A stretch of 64,000 nt of DNA from Hydrolagus affinis. Lineage: Eukaryota. Below the pieces are notes generated by a model, which saw only the letters and a list, made by a program, of their open reading frames with translations, was not told the origin of the DNA and did no database searches. This document shows, piece after piece, positions 36,750 to 49,245 of this stretch. The stretch spans positions 62,001-126,000 of the forward strand of contig JAAILG010000095.1 in assembly GCA_012026655.1 (NCBI GenBank), in the 5' to 3' direction. Positions within the stretch are counted from its first letter, which is position 1. Each line of letters opens with the position of its first letter. The position numbers and the translations under genes were made by a program.

Positions 36750-37050
36750 GACTACCCGCAGTAGATAGGCAGCCACGTCAAGCCTGATCTGCTGCTGCTA
36801 ATGTTCCCTTTCCTTGTTTGCCAGAGTCGTTGTGATGAATGCTCTCGAACCAGTTCCCTGCAATAAGCATTTGCTGCTGATCGAGATGGGGAACTGCTCG
36901 CCCAGTAAAACTCCTTGCTCTCTACAGTACAGACATTGAGGTGACACTTGGTTTCAGGATCTCCCCCAATTTATCTCTTTGGGCAGCGCCTGACGTCACC
37001 GACTAGTTCACTTTCCCTGCAGGGATGAGGAACAGAGAGGGTTTGGAGCT
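36750..37050 (+). promoter_or_regulatory. Putative promoter-proximal element with full CRE
   Basis: Palindromic TGACGTCA at 36991-36998, CCAAT at 36966-36970, CCACGTCA at 36773-36780 and locally retained CpGs. It lies at the edge of the microsatellite/exon cluster. Confidence 0.55.
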
Positions 37051-37059
37051 GAGGAGCCT

Positions 37060-39705
37060 GTCTGTCTGTCTGTCTCTCTTTTTTCACATACACACAAACA
37101 GTCCACAGTTAGACACTCAAGCAACTAGTCAAGAAGCAGCAGAATGCTCAGATTCTCTCTCGTGTTAAAACAACAACTCTGTGATAATAATAATAATAGG
37201 TGACTACTCATCAACTCTCTCTCTCTCTCATTGCTTCCTTTCCCAACACTTGCTTTAGTGCTATGAGGATCACAACTCCCCAATTTTGCAAAACAAAACA
37301 AAGCCACAAATCCCAACAAAATATGCAGATGAACTTTCTTTTTATTGTTGTTGTTCTTGTTGCCACCAGACGAGTTGTTATTAATTGTTGTTATTTTAGA
37401 CGTGTGTGTGTGTGTGTGTGTGTGTTTGTGCAGATTGGTTTTTTTTTCTTCTGTTGTTTGTGTGGTTTGTTTTTAATTAAAAATTATATTTTTTGTTAAA
37501 AAAAAAGGGATTGTGCCTTGGTTGGCACCTGTTAGATTGGCACTTTGCCCTTTGAGATCCTTGTTCTCTTCTTTCTTTCTCTCTCTCTCTATCTATCTCT
37601 CTCTTGCTCTCTTCTCCCTCTCTGTGTGTATGTGTTGTGTGTGTGTGTGTATCTGCTCCTGTTGTCCTCTCATTCCCACCACACCACAGGGCTGGCGCGC
37701 TCAACTCTCTCTAACTAGAGCCCTGCACACCCCCCACTGGCGCTTTGTCATCAACTTTTTTTTCTCTCTCTCTTTCTCTCTCTCTTCTCTTCTCCTCTTC
37801 TTCTTGTGCCCGTCACAGATCAGGTCAACTGCAGTTTAGCAGCAAGGAGCGGAAAGATGGCGATCCTGTAGACCATACACACACACACATACACACACAC
37901 ATCTACCCACAGAAATAACACACCTCACCCACACACAGACACATGCACCACATGCACACATGAGACAACTTTACTGAAGCAATCCAGCCAGACACAGAGA
38001 GAGAGAGAGAGAGACATAACACACACACACACACACAGAGAGAGAGAGGAGGTCTGGCTTGGTTTGGTGACTGACCCGCCACAGGAGGAGGAGAAGGAGG
38101 ACATCCTGTAAGTGAATCCCGCCGGGGATATATTTACACTGGGTTTCCATGATATAAAAGTTCTTGTTGATGAATTAGTTTGGGAGGGAGGGAGAGAGGG
38201 AGGATTGCATCTGTGTAGATATATATATATATATATATAATCTATCTATCTGTGGGTGTAGGTGGCTTTGGTGTGTTGTTGGGGTGGGAGGGGGGATCTC
38301 TCCTTTCTCTTTTGTTGTTTGGTTGGTTGGTTGGAAAGAAGGAAAAGAAAGAAAGAGAGAGAAAGAGAGAGAGAAAGAGAAAGGAGCAGGTTGTGATCGA
38401 CATGATCTTGTTGGACTAGGAGAGAGAGTGAGGACCTGCTGGAAACGTGCAGCGGTGCCACACTCACATCTCCATTTAAACAAGGCAAGATCTCTCTCTC
38501 TCTCTCTCTCTCTCCATTTGCACTTTCTCTCTCTCTCCTCACACCTTCTCCCCCTGTGCCTGGTGTGTGGAGGGGCCAGCCCGATGTGTCTCGCCACTGA
38601 GATCTCTGCAGGAACCCTTTCTGCTTCCAGAGAGAGGGAGAGAGAGGTGGGTTTTGTGTGTCTGTGTGTGTGTGTTTGTAGTGTTTGGCTCTTGTGTTGT
38701 TGCTTCTCTCTCTCTCTCTCTCTCTGTGTGTCTCTGTCTCTCTCTCTCTCTCTCTGGAGGAACATTGTGGTGGTGGTGGGATCTCACCCTCTCTCTGCCT
38801 TCCTGCTGTGAGTTGGGAGAAGAAAGTGCTCAGGGTTCTCTCTCTCTCTCTGTCTCTCTTTGATCCAACTGACCAGACCCCCACACACACAGAGAGAGAG
38901 AGAGGCATGGAGAGATAGACTATAGAGATAGATAGACAGAGAGAGAGAGAGAGAAGCCATTGCATAGAGAAGGCTTTGGTCTCAGGGACAGCAGGAGAAG
39001 CTGGAGCTCCAGCAGTTCCGCTTCTCTCCATTGAGCTCCCTTTCTCTCCCTCCCCTCCCTCCCTCCCTCTATCTCTCCTTCCCTCCCTCCCTCCCTCCCT
39101 CTCTAGTCGCTGCCCTCTGCAGCTGCTGCTGGTCCAAGTCTAGACACAAAGGCAGCGGCTAGAGCCAGGCTGGAAACCATTGCATTTCCTCATAGGCCAC
39201 CAACAAACCCTCTCTCTCTGTCTATCCCTCCCTCCCTCTCTGTCTATCCCTCCCTCCCTCTCTCTCCCTCCTCCTCCACCTCCTCCTCCTGTGTTCTCTC
39301 CTTCTCTGCCCCCCAGTTCCCCCCCCCCTGGTTGGCTTTCTCCTCCACCTCTCAAGGTCCACCTCTTCCTTGACTTGGGAGGAGAAGAAGAAGAGAGAGA
39401 GAGAAAGATAGAGAGAGAGAAAGGTGGAGGAAAAAAGGAGGTAAAGACTCAAAAGGGTGGGAAGGGGGGTGGGGGGGGGACTTTTGCAACATGAGGGACC
39501 ATAGGAATGCCTCCTCCTCCCATAGCTTGATGTGGATGTGAAGCCATTTTTGTTTGGTGTGCATGTGCCTGTGTGTACGTGTGCATGTGTGAGTGTGCAA
39601 CCAACTGCTCTGGTGGAGGAGAGAGAGTTGTGCGTTAGATGGTCGCCTGCTTTGGTCTTTAGATGTGCTCCCTCCACTGGAAGCTCCCTCCCTCTCTCTC
39701 TCTCT
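37060..39705. repeat. Dense cluster of (GA/TC)n, (CA/TG)n, (TA)n and (CCCT)n microsatellites interleaved with unique islands
   Basis: Directly visible; it accounts for the long ERER/SLSL/HTHT ORFs. Confidence 0.95.
37819..38107 (+). other. Putative non-coding 5' UTR exon of an unidentified gene
   Basis: A long pyrimidine tract plus CACAG ends at 37818, and a consensus donor CCT|GTAAGT starts at 38108. A YY1-type AAGATGGCG lies at 37854-37862. There is no credible long reading frame. Confidence 0.55.
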
Positions 39706-42700
39706 TGTATCCACTCAGGTAGGTGTAGGCCATGTCATTGTCCTTCACTGTGCAGAAAATGGTGGAGAGAAACTGAGCAGCTTCTGCCCACCCAGACTAA
39801 TGGAGGAGACTGAGGAGCTGGTGGTGGGTTTTGTTGTTGTTGGAGCAAACATTTGCAGGGTCCCCAATGTGCAAGGTGTTGTTATTATTTTTAGGTTCTG
39901 GTGATGATCCATTCCTGGGCCATCATCAAAAGTAGAAGTTTTTATTTAAAACGTGAGGTTGGGATGGTTTGCACGTGTAGTTTTGGAGACATTGGTTGGA
40001 TGGAAGCTTTGCAGGAAACGTCTTCTGCTTTTGAGGGTAGAGATGTCAAATGATCCATGGTGGTTGGTTCAGGTCATCATGTTGTAGTTCTTAAATGTTT
40101 CTTGTGGGAGAACTTCCAAGGGCAGAGAAGCCTTTTTAGCTCTGAAGGATCTCTTAAGATCACAATTGTTTTTGAGAACCTCATGAATGAATGAGTTTAA
40201 TGTTTTTTTTTAAAAAAAAACCTGTATCTCCTGCGCTCCCACTACAGTTGAGCCTTGGTTTACAACTAGTTTGAGAATATGGTTCAGCTACTTCCAAGGT
40301 TTGGTAGAATTTTTAGGGAATTTAAAAAAAATTAAAACAATGTACCATGAAGGTTACTATCTCAACTGAGGTGCCACCAGATGATGTATGGAAGATTGAA
40401 ATAAAATACTTCTGTTTTGTTTTCATTAAAAATTTTAATTTTGTGTTTGGAAATGTAAATGATACAATTGATTGGATTTATTTCCAACTGCTGTATTTTT
40501 AGAACCAGATGAAGGGTGCTATATAAATACAAGTTGATCATTTTCTTTAAGGAATGATTGAAAATAATTTTGATTATTCTGCTGTAGACCTCCATGGTTA
40601 TGACGGTATTTCAAAATGCACTGGTATAAACTAACTGAGAAACCATAAAGATGTGGCCTTAAAAAAAATGCAGCTACCCAGGGTAATATACTTCTGGCAT
40701 GTTCAAAGTTCTCCATAGACAGTGAAAGAGATGACTTTATGACAGAATGGGGTGAAGGTTGTTTGTCAGCACCTTGGGACCTCCTCCTGATGTGAAAGAC
40801 ATTCTGCAAATATAATTTTGCTGTTTGTTGAGAAACTTGGAGATGCTGCGTTAATCTTGCAACTTCTCAGTTCTTTTTGATTTGCTAAAACACTTTTTGA
40901 AAATCCAAAATCATCTGAATAAATTAATGTGAAAGAAAGCATCTGGTGTTGCTTGAATTATCTATTTACATGCAGAAAGCAACATGGTCATTTAAAACTG
41001 GGATTCTTGATGAGCAAACTTGGGCCTACTTGCCAACAGTATCTTTGTGTTTGAAATTAAAATGCCTTTGTAACTTGCCAATCAGGACTGGTTTGTCTTA
41101 ACGAATACTAAGGAAAAGTGTTTAGAAATATTGGGAATGTGGTTGTACTATGACATTGATAATTGCAACTTATGTGGTGGGCAAGAGTTACTGGAAAGAC
41201 TATCAGCAGAGATTTGGAAATGTAGCATGTCATGGACCTTTCAGAAGGAAAGGCAAATTTTCCATTTGACTGGCTTTACATAAGGATAACTCAAAAATTT
41301 GCAACAGGTGAATAATTTGTAATAGAAGTATTGCAGACTATTTTCAGAGCAGAAGTTTATTTGCTGAATAACTGCACACTATATAGTAGAAATTTGTAAA
41401 TATTCAGTCAGTCAGGGGAAAGTAACAGTATGCACAATAGCTAAGATGAAACCAAAACATTGCCTCCCTTTCATTTCTTAATGTTAATCTTGTGTTCAAA
41501 AATAGCATAGAATTTTATAACTAACTAATTGGTGTAAAAATAAGCTCACTGTTATTTGAAGTTTGGAACTTCTCTCCGTTGAGAGTCTATTGGTGAAATT
41601 CGAGTGTTTCTTGAACTAGAGTAGACCTTGAAATGTACAATTGTTTGAGCTGAATCCCCAGTTTGAAAGGGAAACATTTTTGCACTTTCTTGCCCATTGT
41701 TTTTGCTTGTTGATTAAAGTTAATATTTTTGGATCTGGATTCAAACGAAAGTTTGGAAAAAAAACAAGAGGTTAATTTATATTTCCGAATGCTGCAGAAA
41801 ACTGAGGAATTGTCAGTACTGTTCTGAAACAAATAGGGATTTTTGTGCTGTAAAAGTTTTGTACAACTTTTGTCAAGAGTTAATCTTAGGAAACCACCTA
41901 TATTATACTATAATGTTTCGGCCTTTGAATGGGAGAAGTGGGGTGTGGAGAGAACATGAGAACTTCCAGAAATTATGAATCATGTAATGTTGAACTTCTA
42001 GATCTTATGTCTTTATTATGTAACCATGTTTTAAAGTTGGAAAATACCTTTGTTATAACAAACCTTTTGGATCCTCTCAGGTTTCCAGTAGAAATGATTG
42101 TCTAAATATGAGCTAGTTCAGCGAATAGACCTCAATTCCAGAGGTTTAAAACACATAGTTTGTTACTTGGTAGTAAGAAAGCTTCTTACAAAATGCTGAA
42201 AGTTTTGGAACAAGATATTTGAACCATCATGTTAAAGTTGCACAGTTTTACGAAAACTATATATGTCTTATCAACAAACGCAATTGCTAGATTTTTTTTG
42301 GTTTGGATAGTTGGTTCATGGAGTGTAGTCATTTCCTTTTATGAGTTATCAAGAATTTCCACACAAACGATGACTCGTGTGTTTCCTTGCATTGGATGTT
42401 GTTATTTGATTCAAACATTGGCAGAGAGGATGAAATTGCTGTCAAAAGACAATTACTTTTGAGGGGTTTCCTCTTGCTGAGTGAAGCAACATGTCCTGTA
42501 GCTGCATTGTCTACTCTTAAGTAAAGATAATTCATTCATGCTATGCTGGCAGTGATACTAATTTGAAATTTCAGATATTCATTAACTTTTTTTTAAGACA
42601 TCAAGAAAATTTAAAATACACCAGAAACAAATATACCATTTAAAATATACCAGAAATATACCTTTTAAAAAAACATTGACGTATAACGTGACTCATGGAC

Positions 42701-43267
42701 GTATAGGTGATTACATCGATGATCATTGCTGCCTTGTGCCTGTGATAGAAATGATGTGGGAGCTATGCTTATTCATGACCTGTTGGTACCACTTACAACC
42801 TCTTTGAATGGCGTTTTCTCTACACCTCTGTTTCCTGTTTACAATACCTTTGTTTATGCCAACTTGAGATGCCCATGATTGCGTGCTGCATAAAATGTTT
42901 AGCTTACTCTAAAAATAATGTGCAAAAGGTTTTTTTTATTGCTATCGGTGTAGGCCTTCTCTCAATTGTCATCTTCCAAGTGGTAGACATAAAGGTTCTA
43001 TTCTGTTGTGCACCCAATGTCATTCGGCTTTCATTTGGTTGAGATTCTGAGGTACTTTCAAAATGATTTTAAATATTTAACATCAGTATGATGTGACAGA
43101 AAGACTGTAATCTCAGGACAGCATGAAAAATGTAAGGAAAAATATTATCTTCTGATCATGAGGCACTGTAGAGTAGAAGGAAAGGAATCTAGCCTGAGAA
43201 GCTGGTGAAGTAGGGTTGAAGCATTTTTTTTCCCCAGTGGGCACTTGAACCATATGATGGATTGCTC

Positions 43268-43331
43268 TGTCTAGGACTTAGACTGCTTAAAGATGAGTTG
43301 TCTAGGACTTGGACTGCTTAAAGATGAGTTG
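43268..43331. repeat. 31-bp tandem duplication
   Basis: TGTCTAGGACTTRGACTGCTTAAAGATGAGT x2, one mismatch. Confidence 0.95.
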
Positions 43332-46300
43332 CTTTCAGTTCCATGATTTTTTTTTGGGTACTTTCCAGTAAGTCTAGTACAAAATGGAGGTTCAGAAAAC
43401 CCAAGAATGTAGCTGTGATGACATCTGTAATCGCTGTCAACCTGACCATGCTGACTTGACTGCTTGCTGCACTACACTATTCGCTGGATATGCCTGACTT
43501 GCTTCAAAAATCCCTTTGAATGGTGAACCGAGTTTAAAAGCATGAAGATGGAATCTCTTCAGATTGTGTACAAACATAAACAGTTTTTCCGTATTGTTTT
43601 TTTTTAGAAAAAAATCTAAATTTAGCTAGTTTGTGGATTTTTTTTAATAAAAAAAGAAGGGCTTCATTCCAGGTTTGTTGCACGTCTAATTTAGGTTCCA
43701 TTTGAGAGATCAGATGAGGAAGGTTCTTTGCCAAATAACATCCTATTTGTGTTAATGAATGGTGGTCACCGCCCTCTTATATGATCAACGGCTGATAATG
43801 AACGTCTAAAAGATTTTGATAAAGGGCTTGAGGAGTACCATCTCCATGCTGTCTTCATTGCATCTCATTTGTCAATTTCAACAAATTATTTGCTGCAGAT
43901 GCAGCCAGGGACATCCATTCCTTTGTGTCTGCATTTAACGGCACCATTTGAGCTATATTTCAAAGCCAATGTTTTTTGTGCTATACCTTAAACGAGATAA
44001 AACAATCTCCATGATGCAGTGGTACAAAAGAATTGTAACATTTTTGCTATTATCTTGTCTTATAAGAGGTTACTTTGCTTTGTTCTTGCTTCAAGGTTCT
44101 TTCCCTCCTAATTTAAACCAGAGCCAAGCAATCTGTAGAGTGCAACTGGCAGCTGCTTAGCGTTGGAATGGAGCACAACATTTTAGTTCCCTTGTAGATT
44201 CTCCTCTCTCCATACCAAACCCACCCCAAAAAAATATACACACACACACTCACACACACACACAGCCATGGAGAATGTAAATGGAAAATTCCTGTGAAAC
44301 CATATATTTAATGTACTTGGATTCTTTATGTTAAAAAGGGGAAATTCCAGGTGAGCATCTGGCATGGATTTTTTTTTTCCACGTGGGTAGTCTTAGTTAA
44401 CTCAAGGCAAAGAGAAAAAAATCTTTCCTCTACTTAACCCTTTGTCTACATTGGTCTGCTTTTTCGACCAGCAATGGACAGCAACTAGCACTGCTACAAA
44501 GCAAGAGTTTCAGAGCGGGTGCTCAAAGGAAAGAGTTAAAAGAAGGGTGGGCTAGAAGTGAAAAGAACAGTGATTAGGGAGATCTATTATAAATGTACGG
44601 CTGCTTCTCTGCATCATATGTATGCACTAATCTGAAATCCAATACACACTGTGCTGTGCCTCCAGATAAAGGCTATTGATTGGAGAGACTTTCCTCGGAA
44701 GTTCTCATCATAATGCAGCACTGGGTTTTCAATACTAATACACTGCAAAAGTAAATGTAGGCAAAGATAGTGTGGTTTAAATTAGTTATTTCCTTATAGC
44801 CTAGATGTTCCTAGAAGGTTCATGTAAGAAGGATGCTGGATCCCTTTAAAATATTAGGTGGTACACTAATGAAATCCACAGTTGAAAGGAACTTGATGTG
44901 GGAAGTAAAAGGAATTGCTTTGTTGCAGTAAACATCTCAAATCGCTACGGGTGAGATTGATCGTTGGATTAAAGCAAGGATCTGGCTGGAACTGGTTTAA
45001 AACTTGAACATTTGCTGTTTCTGAGTAAATTAGATTAAAGAGGCCCAAAATTTCTCCAAGTCTTATCTTTAAGACCATTTTGCCCTACAATTTAAGAATG
45101 GGTAGATTTGCAGAAAATTCTAAAATTAATTTGTGGTTTGGAAGTCCAGTGTTTTTAGGAATTGGAGGGAAAAAACAGTTTCCAAATTGAAACTTTTGCA
45201 CAATTTTGTATGACCTTGAATTTTAGGACAAAATAGTCATGCAAGCTAAATCTAGGTTGAATTTCGAGCCTTGGCTGAGCAGACAGTAATTTGAATAGTA
45301 TCTTGAATGAAATACACCATAGGAATCTTTGAGGTAAGGCAAGAAATGAGGAACTATCAAGTCTTCTCAAACTGGATTCCACACTTCTGGACCAGTGCCA
45401 GAGAAACCTGTTGGATTTTTGTTTCATGCAACTGAAGCAAAATTCAACTTTGGAACTTTGTCCCTGGTTTTATCATCTGCTTTGCCCCGTCTTGCTGAAT
45501 AACGCAGAGCTTTAAGGACCGATTTGCTCAAATATGCAACTTCTCCAGATCTCCAATTGCTCTTAGATGTGCTGTAGACGGTAGGAAATGTAATCTGCTG
45601 TTGTGTCTTTTTTAGCATTAGCTGATCCCTTTGTCCTTGTTTGAGCTCTGCAGCAGCTGGGCTTTTAAAGGAAATATGGAATTGGTGATTGATGTTACTG
45701 GTTTGCGATTATAGTCACAAAAATAGGATATAATATTTGGATAATCTACAATGATTTACATTTTTTCCAATTTTTTCAGAAAGTGCATTTGTGTTCTGAC
45801 CTTTCCGAATGGGCTGTGTATTTGAGATGGTGACAACAAGCTGAAGGGATCTGAAAAGCAAAGTGGTGGCTGCGTTTCTCTGCTTTAAGAAGATCTGTAT
45901 TTGGAGAGTTGCAAAATGGGGCCTCTGATCTGCTAGGCTAGCCTGCTGCCAGAGTTGTGACGCAGGAGATAAAACTGTTGGGCAGGCAGCAGCTGGGGGG
46001 TGGTTCTACATAGAAGGATGTAGTGTCTACATGAAGAAGTTGACTTGGCAGAAAGCAGGCAGCCATTTCATCTCAGTAGATTATAGTTGAGCTTCTGTTT
46101 GGTTGTAGAGGCTTCAAACCAGCAGGAAGCTGTTCAGATCTGCAGGGTACTTCACAGCAGTCATTGATTGCTGAACTTGCACTCACTTTTTGCATCCACA
46201 GAAATAATTATTTTTAATGTCTATGTGTGAAGCAGCCGAGATTTTACTGAAGTTTTCAATTTTTGAAAGGACCACTTGTACTTTTTATTCTCCGTTTCCC

Positions 46301-47449
46301 TTTTCTAATACATTTCCTACTGTTGCATTGGCTCTCTGGTTTACAAAATGATCCAGAACAATGTACTGTACTTGGCAATTAGTTAAACTTCATTGAACAG
46401 TTTGGTAAAAGCACATGGTGCTTGAAAATGTAGTACCAATTGTGTTTATGAAAGATCTGCTCAACTACTGTCTCTCTTTTTTTTAGTGTCTCCCTGTAAT
46501 TTCTTACCACTCCTAAATGCTAACAAATCTGAACAACAGCCTAAAAAGCTGGTGGTGCACATGCAGTGAAAGCAGTTGTGGCAGCATTCCTTGCAAGTAA
46601 AAAGAAGTGAATTGGAATGCAAACATGATGGTTAAGCAGTTGGCATCAGATGCAATCTGACTGGTGATTTGGAGACAAATATAAAAAGATCTTCCTAGAG
46701 CAGGAGGGAGTGGAGCAGAATTAACAAAAGGGAATAAATTAAGTTTCTTATCGTTAGATCCCATATTTTATCTAACAAGGTTGCTGGATGGAATTGTTCA
46801 AAGTTCAGATTCTGATCATTTGCATTCAGCAGAGTAATGTATTCATTCATCTTCACAAACCTGTTTGAAATGCAGAGTGCATATGGTTAGATATTCAGTC
46901 AGCTAATAGATCGAGTGCTGAGCAGGACATTTTATCTGCGCCTTGAAAAGGAACTGCGTGATATTGTCAAACCAACACTAATCCTTCTGATAGAAGAGGT
47001 AGCCTTTATTTATAAACATTCTGTAGCATTTGCTATATTGTAATTGGCAGTGTTAAGACATATGCTTAAGGGTTTGTGTACTTATATCTAATTTACTAGA
47101 ATGGCAATTTGTATTTGCTAATTTTACCTTTTTATTGTTTAACTCCTGAGCTTCACCTAGATTGTCAGAAATTTTGGTTCCTCATCACAAGGTCTGACAC
47201 ATCCACTAATTCAACTGGTATTTTCCAATTTTTTCTGTGGAAAAATGCTATCAAAAAATATGATGGAAACATGGATGGTACAGATTTTCGTATTGGAACT
47301 AGATCTTGTCTGACAGGGCAACCAACACTGTAATTCTGGTATCATCTCATTTAACTCCCATGATTTAATTCCTAGTCTTTCAATACTTCTAGGCACTGAG
47401 GACACGTCTTGGCTGACAGGGCTTCAGGGCCTCACTGGGAAAGAACTTC

Positions 47450-47725
47450 ATCCCTCGGAGCTGTTTTTCAGGTGAGATGTTAAAACCAACTTCCCATCTG
47501 CTTGTTGAAATGCACTTTGAAGGTCCCATGCCAATATTCAAAATGAGAAGGGAGTTTCTTCTGGTGCCTTGGGCAAAAATCCTCTAGATTAAATGATCAT
47601 TAGTTTCGTGGCTGCTTGTGGGACATTATCGATGCAAATGACTGTTGCCTTTGTTTACAAATAACACTCAAACAGCAATCATTTATGAAGCATTTTGAAA
47701 ACACTATAAAGTAAAAATGCAAGTT
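47450..47725 (+). mobile_element. Decayed DeuSINE (family B)
   Basis: AAGGTCCCATGCCAATATTCAAA..GGGAGTTTC..GCTGCTTGTGGGAC..TGCAAATGACTG. Confidence 0.65.
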
Positions 47726-47834
47726 ATTTTTGTCTGGTTGATGCATCACCTATCTCTGTAGAACAAAATAGACTTTTACGAAATTTGTATGTTTTGGTAT
47801 TGGTCTTTTCTTGCTTTCAAAATGAATAATACTT

Positions 47835-48040
47835 AGATTTGACAGAATGTCTTATCACATTGTTAAAACGTTTCAAAGTACTTCACAGAATTCACTGAAG
47901 CGAAGTGACTGTTTGTAGACAAACTTGGCAATGTATTTGTAGGCAATTTCCACATAGCTGAGGTCTATAAACACCTGGGAGATGAATGATCAATTTTATC
48001 TGTGTGGAGGAACTCAGACAAGATAGAAATGCCCTCCTCA
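47835..48040 (-). mobile_element. Decayed DeuSINE 3' half
   Basis: TCAAAGTACTTCACAG..GAAGTGACTGTT..GGCAATTTCCACATAGC. Confidence 0.5.
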
Positions 48041-49099
48041 CTCCACAAGTTACAACTGAATCATAATATTTCAAACTGGGTTTACTTTGGGGCTAAACTA
48101 TGGCATTTCTTAAGGGGATTCCTTAGTGAGGAATCTTTATTGCCCGATTGGGAACTTCATTCAGTAACTGGAAGTACAACACACCATGGGAACTCCCCCT
48201 GACGTAATCTGCATCCAGGAGAACAACACGAAAATTACATTACAATGGATTTCAGCAGGTATTCCAATTGGACTACTTATTGGAAACCCCGTTTTAAAAT
48301 TAAAAAAAATATATATTTGACCCCCTTTATTCTTTCATAGCAACTTTCACCAAAACTTTGGTATGTCTGAACTGTCAGCACTCCTTATTTCCCGCTTCTG
48401 GCTTTTTTAAATTGGCTATTTAATGAAACCGCAGAGCAGGGTTACGTTTTAAGTTTTTTTTTCTTAATTTTTTTTGTGTAGCACAGATTCGGTGTATTTG
48501 AAAGAACATTCGCATAACGCATTGCACCAAAGCTTGCTGAGAAATCGAATATAGTTGGGAAGCATGGCTACAGATTTCCTCTGATTTTGACAAAGTTGGC
48601 AGCAGCTGCTCAGATAGCTGTTAAACGTAAGTGATGTGTTCCACTTTTCCCTGTTTATAGCAACATGTGTTTTCTGTCAAAATTTGAAAAAAAAACAGTG
48701 ATCAAATAAAGCTAATGAAATTAATGTATCAGCAAAAACTCATAATTCCATTCTGTTCATTAGCCCTGGTTTCAAAACATAATATAGGTGTTTGCTTGGA
48801 GGTTTTTGCAAAGTGTGCATGTGGGTGTGGAGGGGGAGAGTAATGGATGCATCACAATTACTACAGATGAATTACAGGGATGAGGGGAAGCAATTTAAAC
48901 TGCATTTATAAAACAATTGTGGAGATAAAGTCCCGCCTCCAAAACAATGCCAAATGTCTTATAAACAGCCTCATTCTGTCAGTCCCTATTGATTCATAAG
49001 CTAGTGTATCCAAGAGGTAGTAAACCACACTAATGAAATTCTTTCTTTGTTTGATTGTTTTCTTCGTTCTTTTCAATTGCTTTGAATTTTTAAATTTCA

Positions 49100-49245
49100 T
49101 ATTAGAACTACAGGAAAACAGGAACAGAACAAGGCCATTCAGCCCATCCAGCTTGTTTCACCAGTTATTAGATCTTGGCAGATCTTTAAACCAAACAATA
49201 CCTCATCCTTTTACCATATCTCTTAATATCTTTATTTCCCAAGTA
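49100..49245 (-). mobile_element. CR1 3' UTR remnant
   Basis: AGAACTACAGGAAAACAGGAACAGAACAAGGCCATTCAGCCCATC. Confidence 0.65.

Noticed and set aside
38175-39031. Long ORFs of 175-261 aa
   Set aside because: They are translations of GA/CA microsatellites (ERER, SLSL, HTHT), which lack stop codons.
47461-47478. TTTTTCAG|GTGAGA recursive-splice-like motif
   Set aside because: It lies inside a decayed DeuSINE and has a short pyrimidine tract.
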